NCBI GenBank assembly: GCA_964016885.1
Contig: OZ024742.1
Span: 175,088,001-175,152,000 of the forward strand
Direction: 5' to 3'
Source: Eledone cirrhosa
Taxonomy: Eukaryota
DNA: 64,000 nt
Positions 36,961 through 51,700 of the stretch are shown in pieces. A program made the translations under genes and the position numbers. The stretch's first letter is position 1, and every line of letters starts with the position of its first letter. The notes beneath the pieces are model-generated. The model worked only from the letters and a program-made list of their open reading frames with translations. It did not search any database and was not told the origin of the DNA.

Positions 36961-37699
36961 TGCCGAGTTATAAGCCCCGCGACTTTTCCTGGTTTAACTT
37001 TGCTCCTGTCACTGCTTCATATTCCTTGAGAACGGTGCTGAGCATCTAGACATTTCCGGCGCTTGACCGGGCTACACTAATTATGCGCCTGTAGACTGAG
37101 CAGTGTAAAACTATGAGAGGGCGCTTGCACTGGTGGTCAGGGTGGCCGTGGTCTTTTGTGTGGTTTTCAACACGAGTGACCCTCAGAAGTTTCCCCCCTA
37201 TTGCGGAAATTTTGAATTTTTTATATCTGTATCTTGTTATAACCTTTTTTACACGGCCAAAACCCACGCTGGAGAGAACTCGTCCATGGATCTCAAGAAT
37301 TTTACCCGCCCTAGATGATAGATATATTTTAATGTGTATATTTATATGTGTATATATATATGTGTGTGTATATGTGTTTGTATATGTATGTATATATATA
37401 TATATATATATATGTGTCAGGTCACCAGTTGGTGCTACTGGTAACATGTATCCCAGTACAACCTGTCTCATGGCCGGGTCGTTGGCGACTAAACTGGCAA
37501 CCCCACCAAGGTTTCCTGGTGAGGAGGGTGACTTTGGACCTCCTGCAGGACTAAAAACAAAACCTGTCAAAGGGCAAAGGAGCTCTTAAGAGTCAATGGC
37601 CACCCAAAATCACCGGGAAAGATGACTCCTTAGCCTTTGTCAAGGCAGAATTCTAGAAGGAAAACTCTGAAATATCACCTGCAACTCTGATGGTATCCA

Positions 37700-38023
37700 A
37701 TGCTGTAGACTTGTTCTTCTTTTTGGTAAATATCATCTTGGTTAAGAGAGTGGGACTGGCTTTGTGCAGTGCCTTTGCTCACTATAAAAGCTTCACGGCA
37801 CAGGCATTGCTTTATATCTGAAGATCTCTCTGCACTTGTCGTCACATGGTACCATGGGCCCTGCACTATGTGTCAATAATTGTCACAAGTGTAGTGTTTG
37901 TACCAGAGTTTTCATGTCGCTGGCTGGACTAAAATTTCACACTCGTTCAGCGCATTGGTAGGGGTTCTCCTACATGGATATAAAGTAGTGGCCGAACTGG
38001 AAAACGAGTTGGCAGCCACCACC
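37700..38023 (+). mobile_element. 3' end of a LINE with terminal C2H2 finger (RTE-BovB-like)
   Basis: 37881-37961 reads CHKCSVCTRVFMSLAGLKFHTRSAHW*. Confidence 0.5.
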
Positions 38024-38038
38024 ATATATATATATATA

Positions 38039-38372
38039 TCATCATCATCATTTCATTTTACGTCCACTTTTTCATTGCTTGCAAGGGTGGGACATGAACT
38101 GATTCTGGCTTGATTTCTACAGTTAGATGCCCTTCCTAACACCAACCTCATTTACAGTGCGTACTGGGTGTGTGTTTTTTGCCGTGGCACCTCCACGACC
38201 ACTTTGTAGTGGAATGATATGGACCCCAGTCCCTATCATCTCATTTCTACAGATGAGTAAACTGGAGCAATGTGTCTTGCTCAAGGAAACAACACATCAC
38301 CCAGTCTGAGAATTGAACTCACAAACTTTCGATTGCAAAGCCAATGCTCTAACCACTAAGCCATGTGCCTCC
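38039..38372 (-). mobile_element. tRNA-derived SINE, family B
   Basis: Same head, body and tail as the other copies. Confidence 0.85.
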
Positions 38373-38731
38373 TATGTATGTATATATGTGTGTGTATATG
38401 TATATATGTGTATATATATATGTGTATATATATATATATATGTATATATATGTATATGTGTGTGAATGTGGCGAAGATAATACGTCAGCAATGACGTGTT
38501 AGTCATAATGTCGTTGACAGATATTATAAGGGCGCGACGGAGATCAATAACCGGCGCTTAACACTCCTTTAACAACAGAAAATGGTAAATAAAAGCTGTA
38601 GTTAATATCTTTAGACCGCATGGAATATATAAATACTCGTTTGAAGTCAATCGGAGTAGAAATGTGGATTTGTAAAATGAGGATACACACACACACACAG
38701 ACAACTACAGTTTTATATATATATATACATA

Positions 38732-39034
38732 CAGTGGATCCTCCATTTACAAACGCTTCTCCTCACAAACGAATCAGTTCATGACCAATTTTTCCAAACA
38801 AAACATCTCAAATCATGAATGGTGTCTCGAGTAATGAACTTGGAAGCCGGCAACAATGGTTGGCAAGAAACTGGGAGGGTCGGTGAGAAAGCATCACTTG
38901 CTGTGTAATTAGTTACTATGGTGACATTTATCTGTCTTTCACACATAACCTGTCTCACTGTATTTCTCTTTCAACATTTCAGGTGATGAACGTCCTTCAA
39001 GAACGAATTAAGTTTGTAAACCAATGTTCCACTG
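38732..39034. mobile_element. pogo/Tigger-like MITE
   Basis: TA|cagtggatcctccatttacaaac ... gtttgtaaaccaatgttccactg|TA. Confidence 0.7.
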
Positions 39035-42000
39035 TATATACTTCTATGCACACACACATACATATATCGTCATAATCATCATCATCATCATTTAACGTCC
39101 ATTTTCCATGCTAGCCTGGGTCAGATGGATATTTCCATTAAGGGCAAGTTGGGTCTGGTGACTGTGTCTTGCTCATATAGGACTGTTACAGTGTGTGCTG
39201 GGTGCTTTTTGTCATGACTCCTACATAGTGGACTGGATGCTTTTTGTTGTGACACCTAAATGACCACTTTACATTGTGTTCTGGGTGATTTTTCTTTTAA
39301 CACCTACACAACCACTTTATAATGTGGGTTGGATGTTTTTGTAATACCAATATATATATATATATATAGTGAGAGAGAGAGATGAGTGTATGTGTGATTT
39401 TGTTATGTATACATGTAGGAATAATTCAATCTCACACACACATATTGGTTTTGCAGTTTATTCTATTTAATTGAACAATGTTTATTCTCTCCAGTAAAAT
39501 ATTGTGTTTTATATATATAGATAAATTATGTTTACCCATGATAATTGTTCTTGCAAAATTGTTTATTTTAAAGTTTATTGTTTATATTTATACAAAAACC
39601 TTCTATCACCATCTAATGTAAGAAACTTTTTCATTTTCTGAACATCAATTTGTTAGATTTTTCAGACACTCAATATTTTGGTTATTTTCAAAATCATTGC
39701 CAGTTTATTAGAAAATGTTAACAAAAGTGGTAATTCATATTTTTCTTTAGTAATTTTCTTTTTGAAATGTTCATTCTCCAAGTTCAGCATATAACTATAT
39801 ACCTTTTATATATGTTTTAGCTATATGTAGTGAATTGGCAGAATTGTAACATGTGGCATTCACAGACACACACACACACGTATACACACATATATATATA
39901 AATATATATATACATCAGCAGTCCTAAATGAGTATGACTGGCTGTAAGATTTTAGGTTTCCAAGCAGTATAGTTAAACTAAAGAAGAAACTTTATCAAAA
40001 TGGCTTCACTCCAGACCGAAAGCACTGGTATAACCTGGCCTGTCAATATTGCAGAAGAGAGTTGGCATAGCCAGTGTGGTAGATCTTTCTCTGGCTTTTT
40101 TTCTTTTATTTTTGTCCTTCCTTACAGTTTCCATCTACTAAATTTTACTCACAAGGCTATAGTAGAATACATTTGACAAAGTACCCACACAGAGGGAATG
40201 AACTTGAAAACACATGGCTGTGAAGTTAACTCTTTAACCATACAGCCATGAAGATATTTGTTGTTAGAGTATTTTGCTGAGAAATCTCATGTTGGTATAT
40301 TTTGTGTGAAAGAATATTTTTGATGTTAAACTCTTAAACATCCTTCAAAATTTCTTAATTTAAGCAGTTTTACTTTGCAGCCCATCCAGTCAGCATCTTA
40401 ATTTTATATATCAGATATCATACTTGTCTCCAGTAGTAGCACATAAAGTGATATACTTGATATTAAAGAATGTTAAGCATATCCTTCAATCTTCAGATTA
40501 AATAGCAAGTGTTATCTCAACAGTAGTTTTTATTATTCGTTAAGATCTTAACATATTCGCCTTGTGTGTTTACAAACTGGCACAGCAGGTATCAAACCTA
40601 TAAACGTACAGAAACCTTTAAAAGCATGCTATGTCTTTATCTTTCTCCATCACCTAGATCAATTGAATTCAACTCTCTTATGCTTAATACTATCTAGGAG
40701 TCAAATGGAAAGCACAGACAAATTGACCATGCTGTGCATATATAGAATATGTGGCTTTCTTTTATTAGTAAGCAGAGGAATAATATTGCTTTTGAAAACA
40801 GACATTGATTTGTCAACATTGAAAAGATATAGCAGATCAATTTTTTCTCCTACTTTGAACTTCTGGAAAGGTGATAAAATGTTTTGCATTTGACGAAAGT
40901 GTCTAACAAAGTCCTCTCTTTCTAAGAAAATTGAAGGCAATAAATCGACATAGAGCCTGTATTAAACACAATAGACTTTGTAAATAAGCAATTGAGAAGA
41001 TTGTTAAAAAAATGTATATGAAAACGTCTTATTTATTTATTTATTGGAAAATGCTCCAATAATCTGTTTATTTAATTTAGTTTATGTTTATTTTTGAGTT
41101 GTTCTTTTCTCAAAGATATAACACTAAATCTTGTTGTTGCAGCTACAAGACAATACAATAGAAGGATTTGGCTTCTAAATAAAGATATTAATTTCTTAGT
41201 TTTGTTAGAACTTTTCATATAAATGTTCCTCTTTTCTTTTTCCATTTTATTGCTTCCTAGCATAGTAGGCAGCCATTATAAACATTTTTGCTTTATTTCA
41301 TTGCTCTTTGTAGCACCATAGTTTATGTCCTACAAGCTGCCATTAAAACGTTACAGTTTATTTGACTCAAAATGCTGCTATTTTAGGTTTCCCACAAATG
41401 AGGGTATGAAGCTGCACAGTGAGGAAACTGGGCAATAAATTATCGTCATCATCATCATCATCATTTTATGACTGTTTTCCTTGTTGGTATGGGTGGATGG
41501 GTCAGCATGATTCGAGAGTAAAAAAGTCAGAGAACCATGTCTTTCGCATATGTTCTTTAATTTTGGCATGGTTTCTACTGCTGGATACCTTTCTGAAAGG
41601 CAACCACTTCACAGAGTGTGCTGGGGCCTATTTAAACTAGGTGCCTTTTATCATGGCACCGACAGTACATCCTAAAAGTGTGTACTGGGTTTATTTTATC
41701 ATGGCAGGACCAATACCACTTTACAGTGTGTTTTGGGTGTATACTATCATTGCCACATTACAGTGTGTTCTGAGTGCATTTTATCATGTCACCAACACAG
41801 CTTAACAGTTTCTACTGGCTGTATATTATCATGGCACCAGCACTACCATTTTATAGAGTTTACTGAGGACTTTATTATGGCACCAACATTACCATTTTTC
41901 AACGGCCATTGTATGCATTTTATTATGCTATCAGCACTACCCCTTAACAGAATGTATTGGGTACATTTTATCATGGCACCAAACCTAGAGAATTTGTTAT

Positions 42001-44323
42001 GCACCAGGCAAACAGAAATCATTACATTTTAGTTGGCTCGACAGCATAACAACTGCAATAAGAGGACGAACATATAGTTAAATTACTGAATAGTGTCTGT
42101 TCAATCACAGTTGTACTTTTTATTTATTTATTAGTGGAATTAAAAATAAAGTTGCACAGGCATGGTTGGGTGGAGACAGAGTTCACTTTGGAGCATCATG
42201 GCAAGTGTAATTGTAAGTGAAATTTGCTAGACAGACACTGACAAGGTGCCTTATATACATGAGGCCACTTTTTCCTGTCAATAAGGGGTCTTTAATTGAT
42301 TTTCTAAGGTATTCATAGCAATCAACTGTATTTACGGTTAGTTTCCTACAATTTCTATGAACCTCATGATCCTTCAGTGCTTCAAAGGTTTTAACTTTGC
42401 ATTCAATATTTTTCCAACATGCATACACTTCTTCTTTTCTTCTTCTTTGCCCTCTTATTCCTGGGAGGGTTATGGGGAAGAGTCCTCAAACACCCTTTCC
42501 AGCGGGTCATTTCAGAAGCAACCCACTCCAACTGATCTGACTGGATCCCTGAGCGTGATCAGCCAAGCTCATGGATGATACCCAACCATCTTGCTCACAT
42601 ACATTAATATATACATAAATGCATAGATACATACATAGACACATACATTAATATATACATAAATGCATAGATACATACATAGACACATACATACATGGAT
42701 GTATGTGTCTATGTCATGTTAACTTTAATGCCTGAGTCTGTGATTATGACCACCATAACTTAGCAGTTTGACAGAAATAGGCTTGATAAAATGAATATCG
42801 GACTTAGAATAATAAGTACTGGAATCAGTATGGTTGATTAAATCCCTTCAAGCATCGCCACAGTACAATGAATGCAAGCAGTTGAAGGATGAAGGAATAA
42901 CCTCTACAAGGATAACTGAGAAGCATCAAGTGTACAATGAAACTCATGATTAAATAGCCCCCACACCACCTCCACTTCTTTTTGTTTTCTTTAACATATT
43001 AAAATTGAAACAGTTTCTCCAAATTATTTCTTACTTCAGTCCATGCTAACTTGTCATTCATTGTTTAAAATGATGAAAATAATAACATTGTTAGATAAAA
43101 TTACCTTTCCTGTAGTCATCATGAATATTTTATGGAAATTTTTTGCAGAAATTTTCAATTGAAAATGCATAGAATTGTCGTGAAATTCCAATGTTAATGT
43201 ATCGTTTATAGATGTTTTGTTATTTTAACTTTCTCATTAAATTGTATTTTTAATACAATTTCCATATTTATTATATTTATAAGACATTTATTCAACAAAC
43301 TAGAAACTACATTGATTATTTTCATTTTCTTTCAAGGAGCTTCTAGAAATTAAATTATTCACTGAGCTATCTATCGTATAATTTATAATGTAAAATACCA
43401 AGGAAATTTTATTTCTGTAGTCTATTTCTTTCACATCAAACACATGAATTACCAATTTCAGTTTTATTAGGTTAATCTTTAATGGCACTGTCCCCACCTT
43501 ATTTGTCTTCTTTAGGATTATTTATTTTATATGACATAAACAAAACAATAAGAGGTAGCAAATTCGTGGAATTGTTAGAATGCTGAAGAGAATGCTTTGT
43601 AGTTATTGTTTTGGCTCTGTCCACCCTGAGTTCAAATCCTATTGATGTTGACTTTGCCTTTCATTCTTTTAAGAACAATAAAAAGGTAGCAGTCTAGAAC
43701 TGAGGTCAATTCCTCCTCACACTCTGTGGAAGGAATCAGCTGTGTTCAGGCCTGGGGAGGGGAATGCCTACACCAAGATTAAAGTGTCGAAAGACATGTC
43801 ATATGCTCTATAACTCCATCAGTTGTTATGGGTTCATACATACATACTGGTATACATACGAATAACTTCAATACAGTAGTATATTTTACAAATACACACA
43901 AATGTAAGTGCAGCATGCCTGTGTGGTTAAGGAGCTTGCTTTACAATCATTGTTTCAAGTCCAGTCTCACAGTGGGGCACCTAGTACAAGTGTCTTTTAC
44001 TATAGTCTCGAGTTAAACAGTACCTTCTAAGTAAAATTTAGTAGATAGAAATACTAGAAATCTGTCATAACAGTACACACATGCAAGTGTGTGTCCATTT
44101 GTGTCTGGGTCACATAATTTAGCAGTTCAACAAAAAAGACATCAATAAAATAAGTACCAGACTGAAGTATCAGGAATGGTGGTCTGAAGTTGTGAGAGCT
44201 GATCACAAATTGCTGAACCACACAGAGGAAACATGTGGTAGGGTAACAGTTAGAAATGACATGTCCAACTTAAGCCAACAAGGAATAATGAACATATGAC
44301 TGTGATGATAATCATTTTTGTTA

Positions 44324-45355
44324 ACACTGTAAAGTGGTCATCTCAGCGACTCGAAAAAAATTCCCAGTCCATGCTGTAAAGTGGTCATGTCAGCGAGACG
44401 ACAAAAAATGTCTAGTTCACGTTGTAAAGTGGTCATGTAGGCGACACGACAAAATGTGCCCAGTCCACACTGTAAAGTGGTCATGTAGGCGACAAGACAA
44501 AATGTGCCCAGTCCACACTGTAAAGTGGTCGTGTAGGCGACACGACAAAATGTGCCCAGTCCACACTGTAAAGTGGTTGTGTAGGTGACATGTCAAAATG
44601 TGCCCAGTCCACACAGTAAAGTGGTCGTGTAGGCGACACGACAAAATGTGCCCAGTCCACACTGTAAAGTGGTTGTGTAGGTGACATGTCAAAATGTGCC
44701 CAGTCCACACAGTAAAGTGGTCGTGTAGGCGACATGACAAAATGTGCCCAGTCCACACTGTAAAGTGGTCATGTAGGCGACACGACAAAATGTGCCCAGT
44801 CCACACTGTAAAGTGGTCGTGTAGGCGACACGACAAAATGTGCCCAGTCCACACTGTAAAGTGGTCATGTAGGCGACACGACAACATGTGCCCAGTCCAC
44901 ACTGTAAATTGGTTGTGTAGGTGACATGTCAAAATGTGCCCAGTCTACACTGTAAAATGGTCGTGTAGGCGACACGACAAAATGTGCCCAGTCAACACTG
45001 TAAAGTGGTCATGTAGGCGACACGACAAAATGTGCCCAGTCCACACTGTAAAGTGGTCATGTAGGCGACACGACAAAATGTGCCCAGTCCACACTGTAAA
45101 GTGGTCGTGTAGGCGACACGACAAAATGTGCCCAGTCCACACTGTAAAGTGGTCATGTAGGCGACACGACAAAATGTGCCCAGTCCACACTGTAAAGTGG
45201 TTGTGTAGGTGACATGTCAAAATGTGCCCAGTCTACACTGTAAAGTGGTCGTGTAGGCGACACGACAAAATGTGCCCAGTCCACACTGTAAAGTGGTCAT
45301 GTAGGCGACACGACAAAATGTGCCCAGTCCACACTGTAAAGTGGTTGTGTAGGTG
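44324..45355 (+). repeat. 48-bp minisatellite (~21 units) inside an RTE-type 3' tail
   Basis: Unit gtcatgtaggcgacacgacaaaatgtgcccagtccacactgtaaagtg. It continues into ttaggatgggcatccagc...cccatgctagc...ggacgttaaa(GAT)n to ~45625. Confidence 0.95.
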
Positions 45356-45723
45356 AGGCGTCAAAAAGCACCTAGCATACAATGTAAATGTGGTTGGCAT
45401 TAGGATGGGCATCCAGCTATAGAAACCAAGTCAAAATCAGCCCCGGGTAAGCAAAACACAGTCCTTTGACCTGATTCTCTACCAAATGCTTAGCACGTCT
45501 TACCCATGCTAGCGGAGAAAATGGACGTTAAACAATGATGATGATGATGATGATGATAATGATAGTAGTGAGGATGATGGTATTGATATTACTGACGATG
45601 ATGATGATGATGATGATGATGATGAGGAAAATGACACACCTTGACTTGCTAATAAATAACTAATTTTCACGTCAATTCTTCCAAACAATATTACCCAGTT
45701 GTAAAATAAAAATTTAAAAAGCA

Positions 45724-48700
45724 TGTGTGTGTGTATGTGTTTGTGTGTGAGTGTGTGTATGTGTTTGTGTGTGAGTGTGTGTGTGTATGTGTTTGTGTGT
45801 GAGTGTGTGTATGTGTTTGTGTGTGAGTGTGTGTATCTGTTTGTGTGTGAGTGTGTGTGTGTATGTGTGTGAGTGTGAGTGTGTGTATGTGTTTGTGCGT
45901 GAGTGTGTGTATGTGTTTGTGTGTGAGTGTGTGTATGTGTTTGTGTGTGAGTGTGTGTGTATGTGTTTGTGTGTGAGTGTGTGTATGTGTATGTGTTTAT
46001 GTGTGAGTGTGTGAGTATGTACATGTGTATGTGTATATGTTTAGGTGTGTGAGTGTGTGTATGTGTTTGTGTGTGTGCGTATGTGTTTGTGTGTGTGTGC
46101 GTGTATGTGTTTGTGTGAGAGTGTGTGTATGTGTGTGTGTGTGAGTGTGTGTGTATGTGTTTGTGTGTGAGTGTGTATGTATGTGTTTGTGTGTGAGTGT
46201 GTGTATGTGTTTGTGTGTGAGTGTGTGTATGTGTTTGTGTGTGAGTGTGTGTATGTGTTTGTGTGTGAGTGTGTGAGTGTGTGTGTGAGTGTGTGTATGT
46301 GTATGTGTGTGTATGTGTATGTGTTTGTGTGTGAGTGTGTGTATGTGTATGTGTGTATGTGTGAGTGTGTGAGTATGTACATGTGTATGTGTGTATGTGT
46401 AGGTGTGTGAGTGTGAGTATGTGTTTGTGTGTGAGTGGGTGTATGTGTTTCTGTGTGAGTGTGTGTATGTGTTTGTGTGTGTGTATGTGTATGTGTGTAT
46501 GTGTGAGTGTGTGAGTATGTACATGTGTATGTGTGTATGTGTAGGTGTGTGAGTGTGTGTATGTGTTTGTGTGTGAGTGTGTGTATGAGTTTGTGTGTGA
46601 GTGTGTGTATGTGTTTGTGTGTGAGTGCGTGTGTGTATTTGTTTGTGTGTGAGTGTGTGTATGTGTTTGTGTGTGAGTGTGTGTGTATGTGTTTGTGTGT
46701 GAGTGTGTGTGTATGTGTTTGTGTGTGAGTGTGTGTGTATGTGTGTGTGTGTGAGTGTGTGTATGTGTTTGTGTGTGAGTGTGTGTGTATGTGTTTGTGT
46801 GTGTGTGTGTATGTGTTATGTGTGTGTGTGTATGTGTTTGTGTGTGAGTGTGTGTATGTGTTTGTGTGTGAATGTGTGTATGTGTTTGTATGTGTGTGTG
46901 TGTATATGTTTATGTGTGTGTGTGTATGTGTTTGTGTGTGAGTGTGTGTATGTGTTTGTGTGTGAGTGTATGTATGTGTTTGTGTGTGAGTGTGTGTATG
47001 TGTTTGTGTGTGAGTGTGTGTATGTGTTTGTGTGTGAGTGTGTAAGTGTGTGTATGTGGGTGTGTGTGAGTGTTTGTATGTGTTTGTGTGTGAGTGTGTG
47101 TATGTGTTTGTGTGTGAATGTGTGTAGGTGTTTGTGTGTGAGTGTGTGTATGTGTTTGTGTGTGAGTGTGTGTATATGCTTGTGTGTGAGTGTGTGTATG
47201 TGTTTGTGTGTGAGTGTGTGAGTGTGTGTATATGTGTGTGTGTGAGTGTGTGTATGTGTTTGTGTGTGAGTGTGTGTATGTGTTTGTGTGTGAGTGTGTG
47301 TAGGTTTTTGTGTGTGAGTGTGTGTATGTGTTTGTGTGTGAGTGTGTGTATGTGTCTGTGTGTGAGTGTGTGTATGTGTTTGTGTGTGAGTGTGTGTATG
47401 TGTTTGTGTGTGAGTGTGTGTATGCGTTTGTGTGAATGTGTGTATGTGTTTGTTTGTGTGTGTGTGTATGTGTTTGTGTGTGAGTGTGTGTATGTGTTTG
47501 TGTGTGAGTGTGTGTATGTGTTTGTATGTGAGTGTGTGTATGTGTGGGAGTGTGAGTGTGTGTATGTGTTTGTGTGTGAGTGTGTGTATGTGTTTGTGTG
47601 TGAGTGTGTGTATGTGTTTGTGTGTGAGTGTGTGTGTATGTGTTTGTGTGTGAGTGTGTGTATGTGTTTGTGTGTGTGTGTGTATGTGTTATGTGTGTGT
47701 GTGTGTGTGTTTGTGTGTGAGTGTGTGCATGTGTGTATGTGTTTGTGTGTGAATGTGTGTATGTGTTTGTATGTGTGTGTGTGTATATGTTTATGTGTGT
47801 GTGTGTATGTGTTTGTGTGTGAGTGTGTCAGTGTGTGAGTATGTACATGTGTATGTGTGTATGTTTAGGTGTGTGAGTGTGTAAGTATGTACATGTATAT
47901 GTGTGTATGTGTTTGTGTGTGAGTGTGTGAGTATGTGTTTGTGTGTGAGTGTGTGTATGTGTTTGTATGTGAGTGTGTGTATGTGTGGGAGTGTGAGTGT
48001 GTATATGTGTTTGTGTGTGAGTGTGTGTGTATGTGTTTGTGTGTGAGTGTGTGTATGTGATTGTGTGTGAGTGTGTGTGTATGTGTTTGTGTGTGAGTGT
48101 GTGTATGTGTTTGTGTGTGTGTGTGTATGTGTTATGTGTGTGTGTGTATGTGTTTGTGTGTGAGTGTGTGTATGTGTTTGTGTGTGAGTGTATGTATGTG
48201 TTTGTGTCTGAGTGTGTGTATGTGTTTGGGTGTGAGTGTGTGTATGTGGTTGTGTGTGAGTGTGTGTATGTGTTTGTGTGTGAGTGTGTAAGTGTGTGTA
48301 TGTGGGTGTGTGTGAGTGTTTGTATGTGGGTGTGTGTGAGTGTGTGTATGTGTTTGTGTGTGAATGTGTGTAGGTGTTTGTGTGTGAGTGTGTGTATGTG
48401 TTTGTGTGTGAGTGTGTGTATATGGTTGTGTGTGAGTATGTGTATGTGTTTGTGTGTGAGTGTGTGAGTGTGTGTATGTGTGTGTGTGTGAGTGTGTGTA
48501 TGTGTTTGTGTGTGAGTGTGTGTATGTGTTTGTGTGTGAGTGTGTGTAGGTTTTTGTGTGTGAGTGTGTGTTTGTGTTTGTGTGTGTGTGTGTGTATGTC
48601 TGTGTGTGAGTGTGTGTATGTGTGTGAGTGTGTGTATATGTTTGTGTGTGAGTGTGTGTATGCGTTTGTGTGAATGTGTGTATGTGTTTGTGTGTGTGTG

Positions 48701-51700
48701 TATGTGTTTGTGTGTGAGTGTGTGTATGTGTTTGTGTGTGAGTGTGTGTATGTGTTTGTATGTGAGTGTGTGTATGTGTGGGAGTGTGAGTGTGTGTATG
48801 TGTTTGTGTGTGAGTGTGTGTGTATGTGTTTGTGTGTGAGTGTGTGAGTATGTACATGTGTATGTGTGTAGGTGTGTGAGTGTGTGAGTATGTACATTTG
48901 TATGTGTGTATGTGTAGGTGTGTGAGTGTGTGAATATGTACATTTGTATGTGTGTATGTGTAGGTGTGTGAGTATGTACATGTGTATGTGTTTGTGTGTT
49001 TGTGTGTGAGTGTGTGAGTATGTACATGTGTATGTGTGTATGTGTAGGTGTGTGAGTGTGTGAGTATGTACATGTGTATGTGTGTATGTGTAGGTGTGTG
49101 AGTGTGTGAGTATGTGCATGTATATGTGTGTATGTATAGGTGTGTGAATGTGTGAGTATGTACATGTGTACGTGTGTATGTGTCTGTGTTTGAGTGTGTG
49201 AGTATGTACATGTGTATGTGTGTATGTTTAGGTGTGTGAGTGTGTGAGTATGTACATGTGTATGTGTGTAAGTGTAGGTGTGTCAGTGTGTGAGTAAGTG
49301 CATGTATATGTGTGTATGTATAGGTGTGTGAGTGTGTGAGTATGTACATGTGTATGTGTGAGTGTGTGAGTGTGTGAGTATGTACATGTGTATGTGTGTA
49401 TGTTTAGGTGTGTGAGTGTGTAAGTATGTACATGTATATGTGTGTATGTGTTTGTGTGTGAGTGTGTGAGTATGTACATGTGTATGTGTGTATGTGAAGG
49501 TGTGTGAGTGTGTGAGTATGTACATGTGTATGTGTGTATGTGTAGGTGTGTGAGTGTATGAGTATGTACATGTGTATGTGTGTATTTGTAGGTGTGTGAG
49601 TGTGTGAGTATGTACATGTGTATGTGTGTATTTGTAGGTGTGTGAGTGTGTGAGTATGTACATGTGTAGGTGTGTGAGTGTGTGAGTATGTACATGTGTA
49701 TGTGTGTATGTGTCGTTGTGTGAATCTGTGAGTGTGTACATGTGTATGTGTTTATGTGTAGATGTGTGAGTGTGTGAGTATGTACATGTGTATGTGTGTA
49801 TGTGTAGGTGTGTGAGTGTGTGTATGTGTCCGTGTGTGAGTGTGTGTATGTGTTTGTGTGTGAGTGTGTGTATGTGTATGTGTGTGAGTGTGTGAATGTG
49901 TTTGTATGTGAGTGTGTGTATGTGTGGGAGTGTGATTGTGTGTATGTGTTTGTGTGTGAGTGTGTGTATGTGTTTGTGTGTGAGTGTGTGTGTATGTGTT
50001 TGTGTGTGAGTGTGTGTGTATGTGTGAGTGTGTGTATGTGTATGTGTGTATGTGTGAATGTGTGAGTATGTACATGTGTATGTGAATATGTTTAGGTGTG
50101 TGAGTGTGTGTATGTGTTTGTGTGTGTGTGTATGTGTTTGTGTGTGAGTGTGTGTATGTGTTTGTGTGAGAGTGTGTGTATGTGTGTGTGTGTGAGTGTG
50201 TGTGTATGTGTTTGTGTGTGAGTGTGTGTGTATGTGTTTGTGTGTGAGTGTGTGTATGTGTTTGTGTGTGAGTGTGTGTATGTGTTTGTGTGTGAGTGTG
50301 TGTATGTGTTTGTGTGTGAGTGTGTGAGTGTGTGTATGTGTTTGTGTCTGAGTGTGTGTATGTGTATGTGTGTGTGTGTGTATATGTTTGTGTGTGAGTG
50401 TGTGTATGTGTATGTGTGTATGTGTGAGTATGTGAGTATGTACATGTGTATGTGTGTATGTGTAGGTGTGTGAGTGTGTGTATGTGTTTGTGTGTGAATG
50501 GGTGTATGTGTTTGTGTGTGAGTGTGTGTATGTGTCTGTGTGTGAGTGTGTGTATGTGTATGTGTGTATGTGTGAGTATGTGAGTATGTACATGTGTATG
50601 TGTGTATGTGTAGGTGTGTGAGTGTGTGTATGTGTTTGTGTGTGAATGGGTGTATGTGTAGGTGTGTGAGTGTGTGTATGTGTTTGTGTGTGAGTGTGTG
50701 TGTGTTTGTGTGTGAGTGTGTGTATGTGTTTGTGTGTGAGTGTGTGTGTGTATTTGGTTGTGTGTGAGTGTGTGTATTTGTTTGTGTGTGAGTTTGTGTG
50801 TATGTGTTTGTGTGTGAGTGTGTGTATGTGTTTGTGTGTGGGTGTGTGTGTATGTGTTTGTGTGTGAGCGTGTGTATGTGTTTGAGTGTGTGTATGTGTT
50901 TGTGTGTGAGTGTGTGTATGTGTTTGTGTGTGTGTGTGTGTATGTGTTATGTGTGTGTGTGTATGTGTTTGTGTGTGAATGTGTGTATGTGTTGGTTTGT
51001 GAATGTGTGTATGTGTTTGTGTGTGAGTGTGTGTATGTGTTTGTGTGTGAGTGTGTGTATGTGGTTGTGTGTGAGTGCGTGTATGTGTGTGCGTGTGAGT
51101 GAGTGAGTGTGTGTATGTGGGTGTGTGTGAGTGTGTGTATGTGTGTATTTGTAGGTGTGTGAGTGTGTGAGTATGTACATGTGTATGTGTGTATTTGTAG
51201 GTGTGTGAGTGTGTGAGTATGTACATGTGTATGTGTGTATGTGTAGGTGTGTGAGTGTGTAAGTATGTACATGTGTATGTGTAGGTGTGTGCGTGTGTGA
51301 GTATGTACATCTGTGTGTGTGTATGTGTAGGTGTGTGAGTGTGTGAATATGTACATGTGTATGTGTGTATGTGTAGGTGTTTGAGTATGTACATGTGTAT
51401 GTGTTTGTGTGTTTGTGTGTGAGTGTGTGAGTATGTACATGTGTATGTGTGTATGTGTGTATGTGTAGGTGTGTGAGTGTGTGTGTATGTACATGTGTAT
51501 GTGTGTATGTGTAGGTGTGTGAGTGTGTGAGTATGTGCATGTATATGTGTGTATGTATAGGTGTGTGAATGTGTGAGTATGTACATGTGTACGTGTGAAT
51601 GTGTCTGTGTTTGAGTGTGTGAGTATGTACATGTGTATGTGTGTATGTGTAGGTGTGTCAGTGTGTGAGTATGTGCATGTATATGTGTGTATGTATAGGT

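Noticed and set aside
37418-37680. HDV-like ribozyme in a GC-richer LINE 5'-UTR-like stretch
   Set aside because: I could not build the nested double pseudoknot by eye; a descriptor search would be needed.
44324-45355. CRISPR-like array or Cys/His repeat protein (CPVHTVKWSCRRHDKM)n
   Set aside because: No unique spacers and no cas genes; eukaryotic context. The unit is 48 bp (divisible by 3) and derives from an RTE 3' UTR.
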